From Pseudolabrys sp. (lineage in GTDB: Bacteria; Pseudomonadota; Alphaproteobacteria; Rhizobiales; Xanthobacteraceae), in the NCBI GenBank assembly GCA_036505835.1, contig DASXST010000079.1, positions 2,426 through 66,425 of the forward strand: a stretch of DNA of 64,000 nucleotides, read 5' to 3'. Position 1 is the first letter of the stretch; each line of letters begins with the position of its first letter. Below are positions 48,480 through 59,125 of this stretch, in pieces. The notes under the pieces are model-generated. The model had not been told where the DNA came from and made no database searches. It saw only the letters and a program-made list of their open reading frames with translations. The position numbers were made by a program, and so were the translations under genes.

Positions 48480-49345
48480 ACGCGGACTCGCGCATGACTA
48501 TCGACACTATTGCACGCAACTTCGCGGTCGAGGCGACCAGGCCAAGCGCCAACGAGGTTGCCCAACTTCGTGAAATTCTCAAGCCGGGCGCATCGGTTTA
48601 CGTCACCGCCGTTCCAACGGGTGCCGCCGAAGAAACCGTCACAGCGGCTGCCGCACTGCGCAACGCCGGGCTCGAGCCGGTCGTTCACGTTGCCGCCAGG
48701 CGACTGAAGAGCGCCGAGGCGCTGCAAGATATGCTGACGCGTCTCACTGGCGAAGCCGGCGTGTCCCGCCTTCTGGTCATTGGCGGCGACACCGATGCCG
48801 CGGGTCCCTATGTCGATGCGCTGGCTGTTATTCAGAAGGGCGATTTGCGGGCGCGCGGTATCGAGGAAATTGGTATCGGCGCTTACCCGGAAGGCCATCC
48901 GCGCATTTCGTCCGAGCGGCTCGAAGCCTCGATTGACGAAAAAATTGCAAGTGCGACCGCGCAAGGATTGCGCGTACATATTGTGAGCCAGTTCGCGTTC
49001 TCCGGCGAGCATATCATCGCCTGGCTCAAGCGGCTGCGCGGCGGCGGCATCAAGCATCCGGTCGGTATCGGTCTTGCGGGGCCGACCAGCGTGCCCGCGC
49101 TCATCCGTTATGCCAAGCGCTGCGGCGTGACGGCGTCGCTGCGCGGATTGATGTCAGGTGCAGCGACCGGTCTTGTGGGCAATGTCGGGCCGGACCGCAT
49201 CATCGCTATCCTGCGCAGCTCGCAGCGCGAGCTCGGTGACACGCACCTGCATTTCTTCTCATTTGGTGGCGTGGTTCCAACCGCGCGCTATGCGCGCGAC
49301 TTGGCGCAGTCCGGGATTGAACAAAAGGCCGCGGCGCACTCGTGA
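48476..49345 (+). CDS. metF: Methylenetetrahydrofolate reductase-like protein (divergent, O-demethylase-associated type)
   Basis: PVVHVAAR, LVIGGD, AYPEGHP, VSQFAF, HFFSFGG; ATGA coupling to the upstream gene. Confidence 0.8.
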   Translation: MNADSRMTIDTIARNFAVEATRPSANEVAQLREILKPGASVYVTAVPTGAAEETVTAAAALRNAGLEPVVHVAARRLKSAEALQDMLTRLTGEAGVSRLLVIGGDTDAAGPYVDALAVIQKGDLRARGIEEIGIGAYPEGHPRISSERLEASIDEKIASATAQGLRVHIVSQFAFSGEHIIAWLKRLRGGGIKHPVGIGLAGPTSVPALIRYAKRCGVTASLRGLMSGAATGLVGNVGPDRIIAILRSSQRELGDTHLHFFSFGGVVPTARYARDLAQSGIEQKAAAHS

Positions 49346-49387
49346 CAGGAGCGCGCGCCGCAGCCACACCTACAGAATGCAGCCTTG

Positions 49388-50812
<1,425 letters not shown>

Positions 50813-50959
50813 TCAGTTAATCGACAATTCTCATTCGGGCGGCACATTAGCCCGACAGCTCATTGAGAGAAAAGAGCAGAAAATTGACGCGCACGCCGAG
50901 AAGTGGTGTGAATGCGGCCGCGGAGTTTGGTCAATCAAGAAGCAAGCCCGAGTATGCCG

Positions 50960-52069
50960 ATGGCCCACCTGACCCCACCATTTCGCGCCGATCACGTGGG
51001 CAGCCTTCTACGCAGCAAGCCTCTGCAAGATGCGCGTGCGAAGCGCGAGAAAGGAGCCATCAGCGGTGATCAACTCAAGGAGGTTGAGGACCACGAAATC
51101 GAAAAGATTATCAAGAAGCAGGAAGAAATCGGGCTTAGGCTCGCGACCGATGGGGAGTTTCGACGAGCCTACTGGCACTTCGATTTCTTCAGCATGCTCG
51201 ACGGGGTGGAGCTCTACGAGCTCGATCATGGCATCCAGTTTCAGGGCGCCCAGTCAAAGCCGCAGAGCATCCGCGTCATGGGCAAGATCGGCTTCTCCAA
51301 TCATCCCATGGTGGAACATTTCAAGTTCCTCAAGGCACACACCAAGGTCACTCCCAAGATGACCATCCCCTCGCCAAGCGTGATTCATTTCCGCCTCGAG
51401 CCCGGCGCGGTAGCTAAATCCGCCTATCCTGACCGCGATGCCATCTTCGACGATCTGGCGGTGGCTTATCAGAAGGCGGTGCGTGCCTTCTACGATGCTG
51501 GCTGCCGCTATCTGCAATGGGACGACACGGCCTGGGCCTATCTATGCTCACAGGAGCAGTTGACGAAAGCCAAGGAGCGGGGTCTCGACGTCGATCACCT
51601 GCAGGAAACCTACGTTCGCTGCATCAACAAAGGCCTTGAGGCCAAGCCTGCCGAAATGACAATCACAACCCATGTCTGCCGCGGCAACTTTCGTTCGACC
51701 TTTATTTCTTCTGGCGGTTACGAGCCCGTTGCGGAGAACTTGCTCGGCAAGTGCAATTACGACGGTTACTTCCTCGAATACGATACCGATCGCGCGGGAG
51801 GCTTCGAGCCGCTGCGCTTTCTGCCGAAGGGCAACAAGATCGTCGTGCTGGGTCTGGTCACCTCGAAAACCGGCAGGCTGGAGCCGCGCGCCGACATCAA
51901 AAAGCGTATCGAGGAGGCGACCAAATATGTCGCACTCGACCAGCTCTGTCTTTCCCCGCAATGCGGTTTCGCATCCACCGAGGAAGGCAACGTGCTTGCC
52001 GAGGACGAGCAGTGGGCCAAATTGCACATGATCGCCGAGTTGGCGGGCGAGGTTTGGGGGAAAGATTAG
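50960..52069 (+). CDS. Cobalamin-independent methionine synthase II family (core MetE/YxjH-like), copy 1
   Basis: PPFRADHVGSLLR, TDGEFRR, Zn ligands HVCRGN / FLEYD / SPQCGFAS; single barrel of about 370 aa. Confidence 0.9.
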   Translation: MAHLTPPFRADHVGSLLRSKPLQDARAKREKGAISGDQLKEVEDHEIEKIIKKQEEIGLRLATDGEFRRAYWHFDFFSMLDGVELYELDHGIQFQGAQSKPQSIRVMGKIGFSNHPMVEHFKFLKAHTKVTPKMTIPSPSVIHFRLEPGAVAKSAYPDRDAIFDDLAVAYQKAVRAFYDAGCRYLQWDDTAWAYLCSQEQLTKAKERGLDVDHLQETYVRCINKGLEAKPAEMTITTHVCRGNFRSTFISSGGYEPVAENLLGKCNYDGYFLEYDTDRAGGFEPLRFLPKGNKIVVLGLVTSKTGRLEPRADIKKRIEEATKYVALDQLCLSPQCGFASTEEGNVLAEDEQWAKLHMIAELAGEVWGKD

Positions 52070-52073
52070 CAAC

Positions 52074-52139
52074 ACGTCCCTGCGCAAGCGGGAAACCAAT
52101 CGCGAAAAGGGAGTTCCTGCTTTTGCGGGGACGAGCGGG
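52074..52139. repeat. Degenerate family B palindromic repeat
   Basis: CGTCCCTGCGCAAGCGGGAA ... TTCCTGCTTTTGCGGGGACGAGCGG. Confidence 0.7.
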
Positions 52140-52179
52140 ACCGCTTCGCGCAATAATCGAGTGAGGAAACGAACCAATC

Positions 52180-53289
52180 ATGTCCCCACGCACCACGCCA
52201 CCCTTTCGGGCCGACCATGTCGGCAGTCTGCTACGTACCGCGTCGCTGAAAGAGGCGCGGACAAAATACGCAAAGAAAGAAATCGGTACGGCGGCATTGA
52301 AGGCGGTCGAGGACCGCGAGATTGAGAAAATCGTCAGGAAGCAGGAAGGCGTCGGGCTGAAGCTTGCCACCGACGGCGAGTTTCGCCGCTCATGGTGGCA
52401 TTTCGATTTCTTCCGCGGGCTGAAGGGTGTTGAGCCGATCACCACAGCCACCGGCATTCAGTTTCACGGCGTCGAGACCAAGCATGAAGGCATCAAGATC
52501 TCAGGCAAAATCGATTTCGACGGCCATCCGCAGATCGAGCACTTCAAGTTTTTAAAGGCGCATTGCCGCGTCACGCCGAAAATGTGCATTCCGGCTCCCA
52601 GCACATTTCATTTTCGGCAGGGCCGGGCGCTGGTGAGCAGGGAGGTTTACCCCAACCTCGACGAGTTCTTCGCCGATGTGGCAGCGGCGTGGCGTAAGGC
52701 GATTCGCGCTTTTTATGATGCCGGCTGCCGTTATCTCCAGCTCGATGATACCGCCTGGGCCATGATGTGCGATCCGAAGGAGCGCGAGCAATCCAAAGGG
52801 CGCGGCGACGATCCGGACAAACTGCCCGAGATCTATGCGAGAGTGACCAACGCGGCGCTCGAAGGAAAGCCGGCCGACATGGCCATCACCATGCATTCCT
52901 GCCGCGGCAATTTCCGATCCACATGGATCGCGCAGGGTGGCTACGAATTCGTGGCCGAGCACCTGCTCGGCAATACAAGCCTAGATGGATATTTTCTGGA
53001 ATACGATACCGAGCGTGCCGGCGGCTTCGAGCCGTTGCGCCATTTTCCCAAAGGCAAGAAGCACCTCGTGCTGGGGCTCGTCACGTCGAAATCCGGCCGG
53101 CTGGAAGCGAAAGACGATATCAAGCGCAGGATCGATGAAGCCAGCAAATATGTCGCGCTCGATCAGCTTTGCCTGTCGCCGCAATGCGGGTTCGCGTCGA
53201 CCGAAGAAGGCAACGTGCTTGCGGAAGACGAGCAGTGGGCGAAACTGCGGATGATCGTTGAGCTGGCGGAGGAGGTGTGGGGTAAGTAG
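52180..53289 (+). CDS. Core MetE/YxjH-like Zn enzyme, copy 2
   Basis: PPFRADHVGSLLR, HSCRGN / FLEYD / SPQCGFAS. Confidence 0.9.
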   Translation: MSPRTTPPFRADHVGSLLRTASLKEARTKYAKKEIGTAALKAVEDREIEKIVRKQEGVGLKLATDGEFRRSWWHFDFFRGLKGVEPITTATGIQFHGVETKHEGIKISGKIDFDGHPQIEHFKFLKAHCRVTPKMCIPAPSTFHFRQGRALVSREVYPNLDEFFADVAAAWRKAIRAFYDAGCRYLQLDDTAWAMMCDPKEREQSKGRGDDPDKLPEIYARVTNAALEGKPADMAITMHSCRGNFRSTWIAQGGYEFVAEHLLGNTSLDGYFLEYDTERAGGFEPLRHFPKGKKHLVLGLVTSKSGRLEAKDDIKRRIDEASKYVALDQLCLSPQCGFASTEEGNVLAEDEQWAKLRMIVELAEEVWGK

Positions 53290-53329
53290 TCGCATTTCAG
53301 AAGACGCCGGCTTCATGTTCTTTGAGCGG

Positions 53330-53358
53330 GATGGGCTGGAACAAGCCCCGCCACGACA
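53330..53358. repeat. Degenerate single arm of a family A repeat
   Basis: GATGGGCTGGAACAAGCCCCGCCACGAC compared with consensus GATGGCCGGGACAAGCCCGGCCATGAC. Confidence 0.5.
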
Positions 53359-53373
53359 CGTAACAGAATTGGA

Positions 53374-54472
53374 ATGGCACAGCGTACTACACCTCCCTTC
53401 CGTGCCGACCATGTCGGCAGCCTTTTGCGCACCAAGCCTCTGAAAGAAGCTCGTGCCAGACGGGAAAGAAACGAAATCTCCGCCGATGAACTCAGGGCGA
53501 TCGAGGATCGCGAGATCGCGGCGATAATCAGCAAACAGGAAGACATTGGACTTGGGGCCGTCACCGACGGTGAATTCCGGCGCGCGTTCTGGAACTACGA
53601 TTTTCTCGGAGCGCTCCTCGGGGTGGAGGCTTACCTGGGCGAGCGCAAGATCAAGTTCAAGGGCGTCAATCCGAAGCCCATGATGTTGCGAGTGAGCGGC
53701 AAGCTCGGCACATTTTCCGGTCATCCGATGCTCGAGCATTTTCGATTCACGAAAGCTCATGCGCGGGTTCTGCCTAAAATGACAATCCCCTCGCCATCGT
53801 CGCTGCATTTTCGCTATGGCCGCGAGGCGGTGCCGGAAGCGATCTATCCCGACATGCGCGACTTCTATCGCGATCTTGGCCAGACCTATCGACTGGCCGT
53901 GCGGGCTTTCGCCGACGCGGGCTGCCGCTATCTGCAGCTCGACGAGGTGAACCTCGCCTATCTCTGCGACCCAAGCCTGCGCGCGCAAGTGGCCGGCCGC
54001 GGCGAGGACCCAGAAAAACTCCCGATGATCTATGCCGGCCGCGATCTCGGATGTTCCTTCGGACATGACAATCGCCATGCATCTGTGCCGCGGCAATTTC
54101 CAATCGACGTTTGTCGCATCCGGTGGATACGAGCCGGTCGCGGAAATCCTGTTCAATGCAATCAAGGTGCATGCCTATTTCATGGAATATGACAGTGACC
54201 GTGCCGGCGGGTTCGAGCCTTTGCGCTTCGTGCCCAAGGGCAAGATTGTGGTGCTCGGACTCGTCACCTCGAAATCGGGGCGACTTGAATGCAGAGACGT
54301 TCTCAAGCGCCGTATCGACGCGGCCGCAAAGTATGTGCCGCTGGAGCAATTGTGTCTGTCGCCGCAATGCGGCTTCGCTTCCACCGAGGAGGGAAACCTT
54401 CTCGCCGAGGAAGAGCAGTGGGAGAAGTTGCGGATGATTGTGGAACTGGCCGACGAGGTTTGGGGCAACTAG
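53374..54472 (+). pseudogene. Core MetE/YxjH-like Zn enzyme, copy 3, frameshifted near 54037
   Basis: N-half ends ...LPMIYA; C-half AAISDVPSDMTIAMHLCRGN...SPQCGFAS lies in another frame; alignment to the paralogs implies about 11 nt missing. Confidence 0.8.
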
Positions 54473-54483
54473 CTTGCATTGAT

Positions 54484-54547
54484 CCGTTCATTTCCGCGAA
54501 GCGGAATCCAAAAAACGCTGGGTCCCCGCTTCCGCGGGGACGAACGG
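54484..54547. repeat. REP-like palindromic dimer, family B
   Basis: CCGTTCATTTCCGCGAAGCGGAATCC ... GGGTCCCCGCTTCCGCGGGGACGAACGG. Confidence 0.82.
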
Positions 54548-54564
54548 CTGAGGAGGAAGGAAGG

Positions 54565-55719
54565 ATGTCACCACGCAACAAGCCGCCATTCCGCGCCGAT
54601 CATGTCGGAAGCCTGCTGCGGCCAGCCGCATTGAAGAAAGCGCGCGAGCAGCGCGCTCGGGGCGAAATTTCGCCGCCGGATCTGACGGAACTCGAGGACC
54701 GGGAGATCGAGCGCATCATCAGGAAGCAAGAGGAGGTCGGACTGCAGTCGATCACCGATGGCGAATTCCGCCGATCCTGGTGGCATCTTGATTTTTTGTG
54801 GGGCCTCGACGGCATCGAGAAACATGTGATGGACACGGGAGTCTCGTTCGTTGCGGTCACCACCCGCAACGAGGGGCTGAAAGTAACCGGCAGGGTCGCG
54901 TTTTCCGGCCACCCGATGATCGAGCACTTCAGGTTCGTCGCCGCCAACACGAAACGCACGCCGAAAATTACGATTCCCGCCCCGTCGGCGGCCTATGGCC
55001 GTCCAATGCGCACCCCCATCGCGGAAAAGGTTTATCCAAAACTGGACCTTTTCTTCGACGATCTCGGGCAGGCCTACAGGAGAGCGGTACGCGCCTTCGC
55101 CGATGCCGGCTGCCGTTATCTCCAGCTTGATGAAGTATTCATCGCCATGCTGTGCGATCCAAAATATCGGCAGACGATGAAAGATCGCGGCGATGATCCG
55201 GGAAAGCTTGGCGAGCTGTACGGCGATCTCATCAACATCGCAATGTCCGATATTCCGGCCGACATGACGATCACCATGCACATGTGCCGCGGCAATTATA
55301 AATCGACCTACATGGGCGCGGGCGGCTACGAAGCCGTGCAGGAAATCCTGTTCAACAAAATCAAGGTCCATGGCTTCTTCATGGAGTACGATACTGCGCG
55401 GGCCGGAGGGTTCGAACCAATGCGAATGCTGCCGAAAGACAGGACCGTTGTGCTCGGCCTGGTCACCTCAAAAAGCGGGCGGCTCGAGCCGAGGGACGAG
55501 ATCCATCGCCGCATCGAGGAAGCGACCAAATTCGTTTCGCTCGATCAATTGTGTCTCTCGCCTCAATGCGGCTTTGCCTCGACCGAGGAAGGCAATGTGC
55601 TTTCCGAGGAAGAGCAGTGGGCGAAGTTGAGGATGATTGTCGAGCTGGCTGAAGAGATTTGGGGCAAAAGCGGACCCCACTCCGTTCATTCCTGCGCAAG
55701 CGGGAATCCAGCGAGATAG
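54565..55719 (+). CDS. Core MetE/YxjH-like Zn enzyme, copy 4 (C-terminal tail read into a repeat)
   Basis: MSPRNKPPFRADHVGSLLR, HMCRGN / FMEYD / SPQCGFAS; purine-rich RBS GAGGAGGAAGG. Confidence 0.9.
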   Translation: MSPRNKPPFRADHVGSLLRPAALKKAREQRARGEISPPDLTELEDREIERIIRKQEEVGLQSITDGEFRRSWWHLDFLWGLDGIEKHVMDTGVSFVAVTTRNEGLKVTGRVAFSGHPMIEHFRFVAANTKRTPKITIPAPSAAYGRPMRTPIAEKVYPKLDLFFDDLGQAYRRAVRAFADAGCRYLQLDEVFIAMLCDPKYRQTMKDRGDDPGKLGELYGDLINIAMSDIPADMTITMHMCRGNYKSTYMGAGGYEAVQEILFNKIKVHGFFMEYDTARAGGFEPMRMLPKDRTVVLGLVTSKSGRLEPRDEIHRRIEEATKFVSLDQLCLSPQCGFASTEEGNVLSEEEQWAKLRMIVELAEEIWGKSGPHSVHSCASGNPAR

Positions 55720-55756
55720 GATAAGAATGGGTCCCCGCTTTCGCGGGGACGAACGG
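55682..55756. repeat. REP-like palindromic dimer, family B
   Basis: CCGTTCATTCCTGCGCAAGCGGGAATCCAG ... GGGTCCCCGCTTTCGCGGGGACGAACGG. Confidence 0.85.
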
Positions 55757-55781
55757 ATCTGATTGCGGGGTTGGAATTCGC

Positions 55782-56696
55782 ATGCCGCGCATTGTCAAAG
55801 GCAAAACCGCTATCGTTACCGGGGGAGGTCGCGGGATTGGACGCGGCATTGCCATGCTGCTCGCCCAGGAAGGCGCGCGCGTGGTGGTCAGCGATATCGG
55901 CGCCAGCCTGCAAGGCGACGGTTCCGATGCAGGTCCGGCGCAAGACGTTGTGCGGGGTATCGAGAAAGCCGGAGGCCAGGCTATCGCCTCGACGCTTTCG
56001 ATTACGGAACCGAAAAACGCGGAAGCCATCGTCAAAACGGCGCTCGATGCCTTCGGCCGCATCGACATTCTTGTCAACAACGCGGGCATATTGCGGGATG
56101 TCATCTTTCACAAGATGAGCTGGTCGGACTGGTCCGATGTGGTCGACGTGCACCTTCACGGTTCTTTCAACATGAGCCGTGCGGTCGCGCCGCTTTTTCG
56201 CGAGCAGGGCTCGGGCGCCTTCGTTCATATGACTTCGACTTCGGGGCTTATCGGAAATTTCGGCCAGGCGAATTACATGGCCGCCAAGCTCGGCATCATG
56301 GGCCTGTCACGGGGCATCGCGCTCGACATGGCGCGCTTCAATGTCCGTTCGAACTGCATCGCGCCGTTTGCTTTCACGCGTATGATTGAATCGATTCCGG
56401 CACAATCGGAACAGGACAAACGGCGCATCGAAGCGTTTCAGCGTATGACGCCGGAAAAGATCGCGCCGCTTGCGGTGTATCTTTGCTCCGATGCGGCAGC
56501 GGACATCACCGGGCAGATCTTTTCCGTTCGCAACAACGAAATCTATCTGTTCAACCAGCCGCGGCCGATCAAAACGATTCACCGCGCCGAGGGATGGACA
56601 CCGAAGGGCATTGCGGTTGAGCTTAAAGCGGCCATGGCGCCCTCGTTCACCCCGTTGGAGCGCTCGGAAGACGTGTTCAACTGGGACCCGATCTGA
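55782..56696 (+). CDS. SDR oxidoreductase (MFE-2 type hydroxyacyl-CoA dehydrogenase-like)
   Basis: TGGGRGIG, NNAGILRD, GNFGQANYMAAK. Confidence 0.88.
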   Translation: MPRIVKGKTAIVTGGGRGIGRGIAMLLAQEGARVVVSDIGASLQGDGSDAGPAQDVVRGIEKAGGQAIASTLSITEPKNAEAIVKTALDAFGRIDILVNNAGILRDVIFHKMSWSDWSDVVDVHLHGSFNMSRAVAPLFREQGSGAFVHMTSTSGLIGNFGQANYMAAKLGIMGLSRGIALDMARFNVRSNCIAPFAFTRMIESIPAQSEQDKRRIEAFQRMTPEKIAPLAVYLCSDAAADITGQIFSVRNNEIYLFNQPRPIKTIHRAEGWTPKGIAVELKAAMAPSFTPLERSEDVFNWDPI

Positions 56697-56700
56697 TTTT

Positions 56701-56787
56701 GTCATGGCCGGGCTTGTCCCGGCCATCCACGTCTTTACAACTAGCATAAAAGAAGACGTGGATGCCCGGCACAAGGCCGGGCATGAC
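56701..56787. repeat. REP-like palindromic dimer, family A (intact)
   Basis: GTCATGGCCGGGCTTGTCCCGGCCATCCACGTC ... GACGTGGATGCCCGGCACAAGGCCGGGCATGAC. Confidence 0.92.
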
Positions 56788-56802
56788 GAGTGAAGGCGAT
56801 TT

Positions 56803-57972
56803 ATGAAAAAGCGCGCAGCCGAGGACGAATTTTCCGACATACGCGCGGGGGTGCGCGCATTGTGCGCCAAGTTCCCCGGCGAATATTGGCGCGCGCTTGA
56901 CCGTGAGCGTGCTTATCCGACCGAATTTGTCGCCGCGCTCACCAAGGCCGGCTATCTCGCTGCGCTGATCCCCGAGGAATACGGGGGTAGTGGCCTTAAT
57001 CTGGGCGCGGCAGCGGCCATTCTGGAAGAGGTTCACGCTTCCGGCGGCAATGGCGCTGCCTGTCATGCGCAGATGTACACCATGGGCACGATCCTGCGTC
57101 ATGGAAGCAAGGCGCAAAAGGAACGTTATCTGCCGCTGATCGCGAGCGGCGAGCTTCGCCTGCAGGCCTTCGGCGTTACGGAACCGACGTCAGGCACCGA
57201 TACGCTTTCACTGCGCACCATGGCCCTGCGCGAAGGCAACGACCATTACGTCATCAATGGTCAGAAAATCTGGACTTCGCGCGCCGAGCATTCCGACCTG
57301 ATGCTCTTGCTCGCGCGCACGACGCCAAAAGAACAGACCAAACGGCGCACCGACGGTCTGTCGGTATTCCTGGTAGATATGCGGCTCGCGCAGGGCGCCA
57401 ATCTCGTCATCAATCCCATCCGCACGATGATGAACCACGCCACAACGCAAATCTTCTTCGATGACCTGCGCGTGCCGGCCGAAAATCTGATCGGCGAAGA
57501 GGGCCAGGGTTTTCGATATATTCTGTTGGGCATGAACGCCGAACGCATTCTTATCGCGGCCGAATGCATTGGCGACGCCAAATGGTTCATCGGCAAAGCG
57601 ACCCAATACGCCAAGGACCGCGAGCTGTTCGGCCGCCCCATTGGGCAGAATCAGGGCGTGCAGTTTCCGATCGCGCGCGCTTATGCGCAGATGCGGGCCG
57701 CCGAGCTGATGGTGCACGAGGCCGCGCGCAAGTACGACGCCGGTGAAGACATTGGCGCTGAAGCCAACATGGCCAAGCTTCTGGCGGCCGACGCATCGTG
57801 GGCCGCCGCCGACATGTGCGTCCAGACGCATGGCGGATTCGGGTTTGCCGAAGAATATGACATCGAGCGCAAGTTCCGCGAGACGCGGCTTTATCAGGTC
57901 GCTCCGATTTCGACCAACCTGATCCTCTCGTATCTGGCCGAGCATGTTCTCGGCTTGCCGCGATCGTATTGA
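56803..57972 (+). CDS. Acyl-CoA dehydrogenase
   Basis: IPEEYGGSG, FGVTEPTSGTD, NGQKIWTS, FGRPIGQNQ, QTHGGFGF. Confidence 0.92.
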   Translation: MKKRAAEDEFSDIRAGVRALCAKFPGEYWRALDRERAYPTEFVAALTKAGYLAALIPEEYGGSGLNLGAAAAILEEVHASGGNGAACHAQMYTMGTILRHGSKAQKERYLPLIASGELRLQAFGVTEPTSGTDTLSLRTMALREGNDHYVINGQKIWTSRAEHSDLMLLLARTTPKEQTKRRTDGLSVFLVDMRLAQGANLVINPIRTMMNHATTQIFFDDLRVPAENLIGEEGQGFRYILLGMNAERILIAAECIGDAKWFIGKATQYAKDRELFGRPIGQNQGVQFPIARAYAQMRAAELMVHEAARKYDAGEDIGAEANMAKLLAADASWAAADMCVQTHGGFGFAEEYDIERKFRETRLYQVAPISTNLILSYLAEHVLGLPRSY

Positions 57973-58001
57973 GATGAAGGTGATTCATCCCTTCGAATCC
58001 C

Positions 58002-59123
58002 ATGACCCTCCCTCTCTCAGGACTTCTCGTCGTTTCGGTCGAGCAAGCGGTGGCGGCACCGCAATGTACCTGCCGTCTCGCCGATGCGGGCGCGCGCGTG
58101 ATCAAGGTCGAACGCCCGGAAGGTGATTTCGCGCGCGATTACGACCACGTCGTCCATGGCGAAAGCGCCAATTTCGTCTGGCTTAATCGTGGCAAGCAGT
58201 CGGTTGTGCTCGATCTTGCCAAGCCTGATGACAAGGCACTGCTCGAAGCCATGCTGGCCAAGGCCGATGTGTTCGTGCAGAACCTCAAGCCTGGCGCGAT
58301 CGCCAAGCTCGGCTTCGCGACGGGTCGGCTGCGGAAGGAGCACCCGCGGCTCATTTGCTGTTCGATTTCGGGTTACGGCGAGAGCGGGCCATATGCCCAG
58401 CGCAAGGCTTACGATCTTCTGATCCAGGCCGAATCCGGCGTCTCGTCGGTGACTGGCGGACCTGATGCGCCCGCCCGCGTTGGCGTGTCGATTGTCGACA
58501 TTGCCGCAGGCCTCAATGCTTACGAGGCCATTCTCGAAGCGCTGGTCGTGAGGACTAAGACGAACAAGGGCACTGAGATATCCGTGTCCATGTTCGATGC
58601 CATGGCTGAATGGATGACGGTCCCGCTGCTGCATGGTGAAGGGGGTTTGCCCTTCAAGCGCATCGGTCTGGCCCATGCAGCGATCGCGCCTTACGGCGTG
58701 TTCAAGAGCCGAGATGGCGCCGATATTCTGATTGCCATTCAGAACGATCGCGAATGGCGCGTACTGGCAGAGAAAGTGCTGGGCGAGGCCGGGCTGGGGA
58801 AAGATCCCAAATTCGCGACGAATCCGAAACGGGTCGAAAATCGGGCCGACACCGACGCGAAGATCGCTGCAAGTTTCGCACGCCACGATGTCGAAGCGCT
58901 GATCGATAAACTGGAATCAGCGGAGATAGCCTTCGCGCGCGTCAATGACTGGGAGTTGTTGTCGAAACACGCTCACTTGCGGCGGATCACCGTCGGTGCA
59001 CCGAGCGGACCGGTGAGCATGCCGGCCCCGGCTCCCCTGCGCGCGGGCGAGGAACAATCCTATGGCCCGATCCCGGCATTGGGCGAACACACCGAGCTGA
59101 TCCGGAGAGAGTTCCTGAAATAG
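58002..59123 (+). CDS. CaiB/BaiF family (class III) CoA-transferase
   Basis: EQAVAAP, LADAGARVIKVE, NRGKQS, ISGYG, YDLLIQAESG, SIVDIAAG. Confidence 0.9.
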   Translation: MTLPLSGLLVVSVEQAVAAPQCTCRLADAGARVIKVERPEGDFARDYDHVVHGESANFVWLNRGKQSVVLDLAKPDDKALLEAMLAKADVFVQNLKPGAIAKLGFATGRLRKEHPRLICCSISGYGESGPYAQRKAYDLLIQAESGVSSVTGGPDAPARVGVSIVDIAAGLNAYEAILEALVVRTKTNKGTEISVSMFDAMAEWMTVPLLHGEGGLPFKRIGLAHAAIAPYGVFKSRDGADILIAIQNDREWRVLAEKVLGEAGLGKDPKFATNPKRVENRADTDAKIAASFARHDVEALIDKLESAEIAFARVNDWELLSKHAHLRRITVGAPSGPVSMPAPAPLRAGEEQSYGPIPALGEHTELIRREFLK

Positions 59124-59125
59124 GA

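Noticed and set aside
54025-54045. Programmed ribosomal frameshift in MetE-like copy 3
   Set aside because: No slippery heptamer, and residues are missing relative to the paralogs, which indicates a deletion
50960-55719. Split MetE (catalytic half plus folate-binding half)
   Set aside because: All four copies keep the Zn ligands; none looks like a catalytically dead N-terminal barrel
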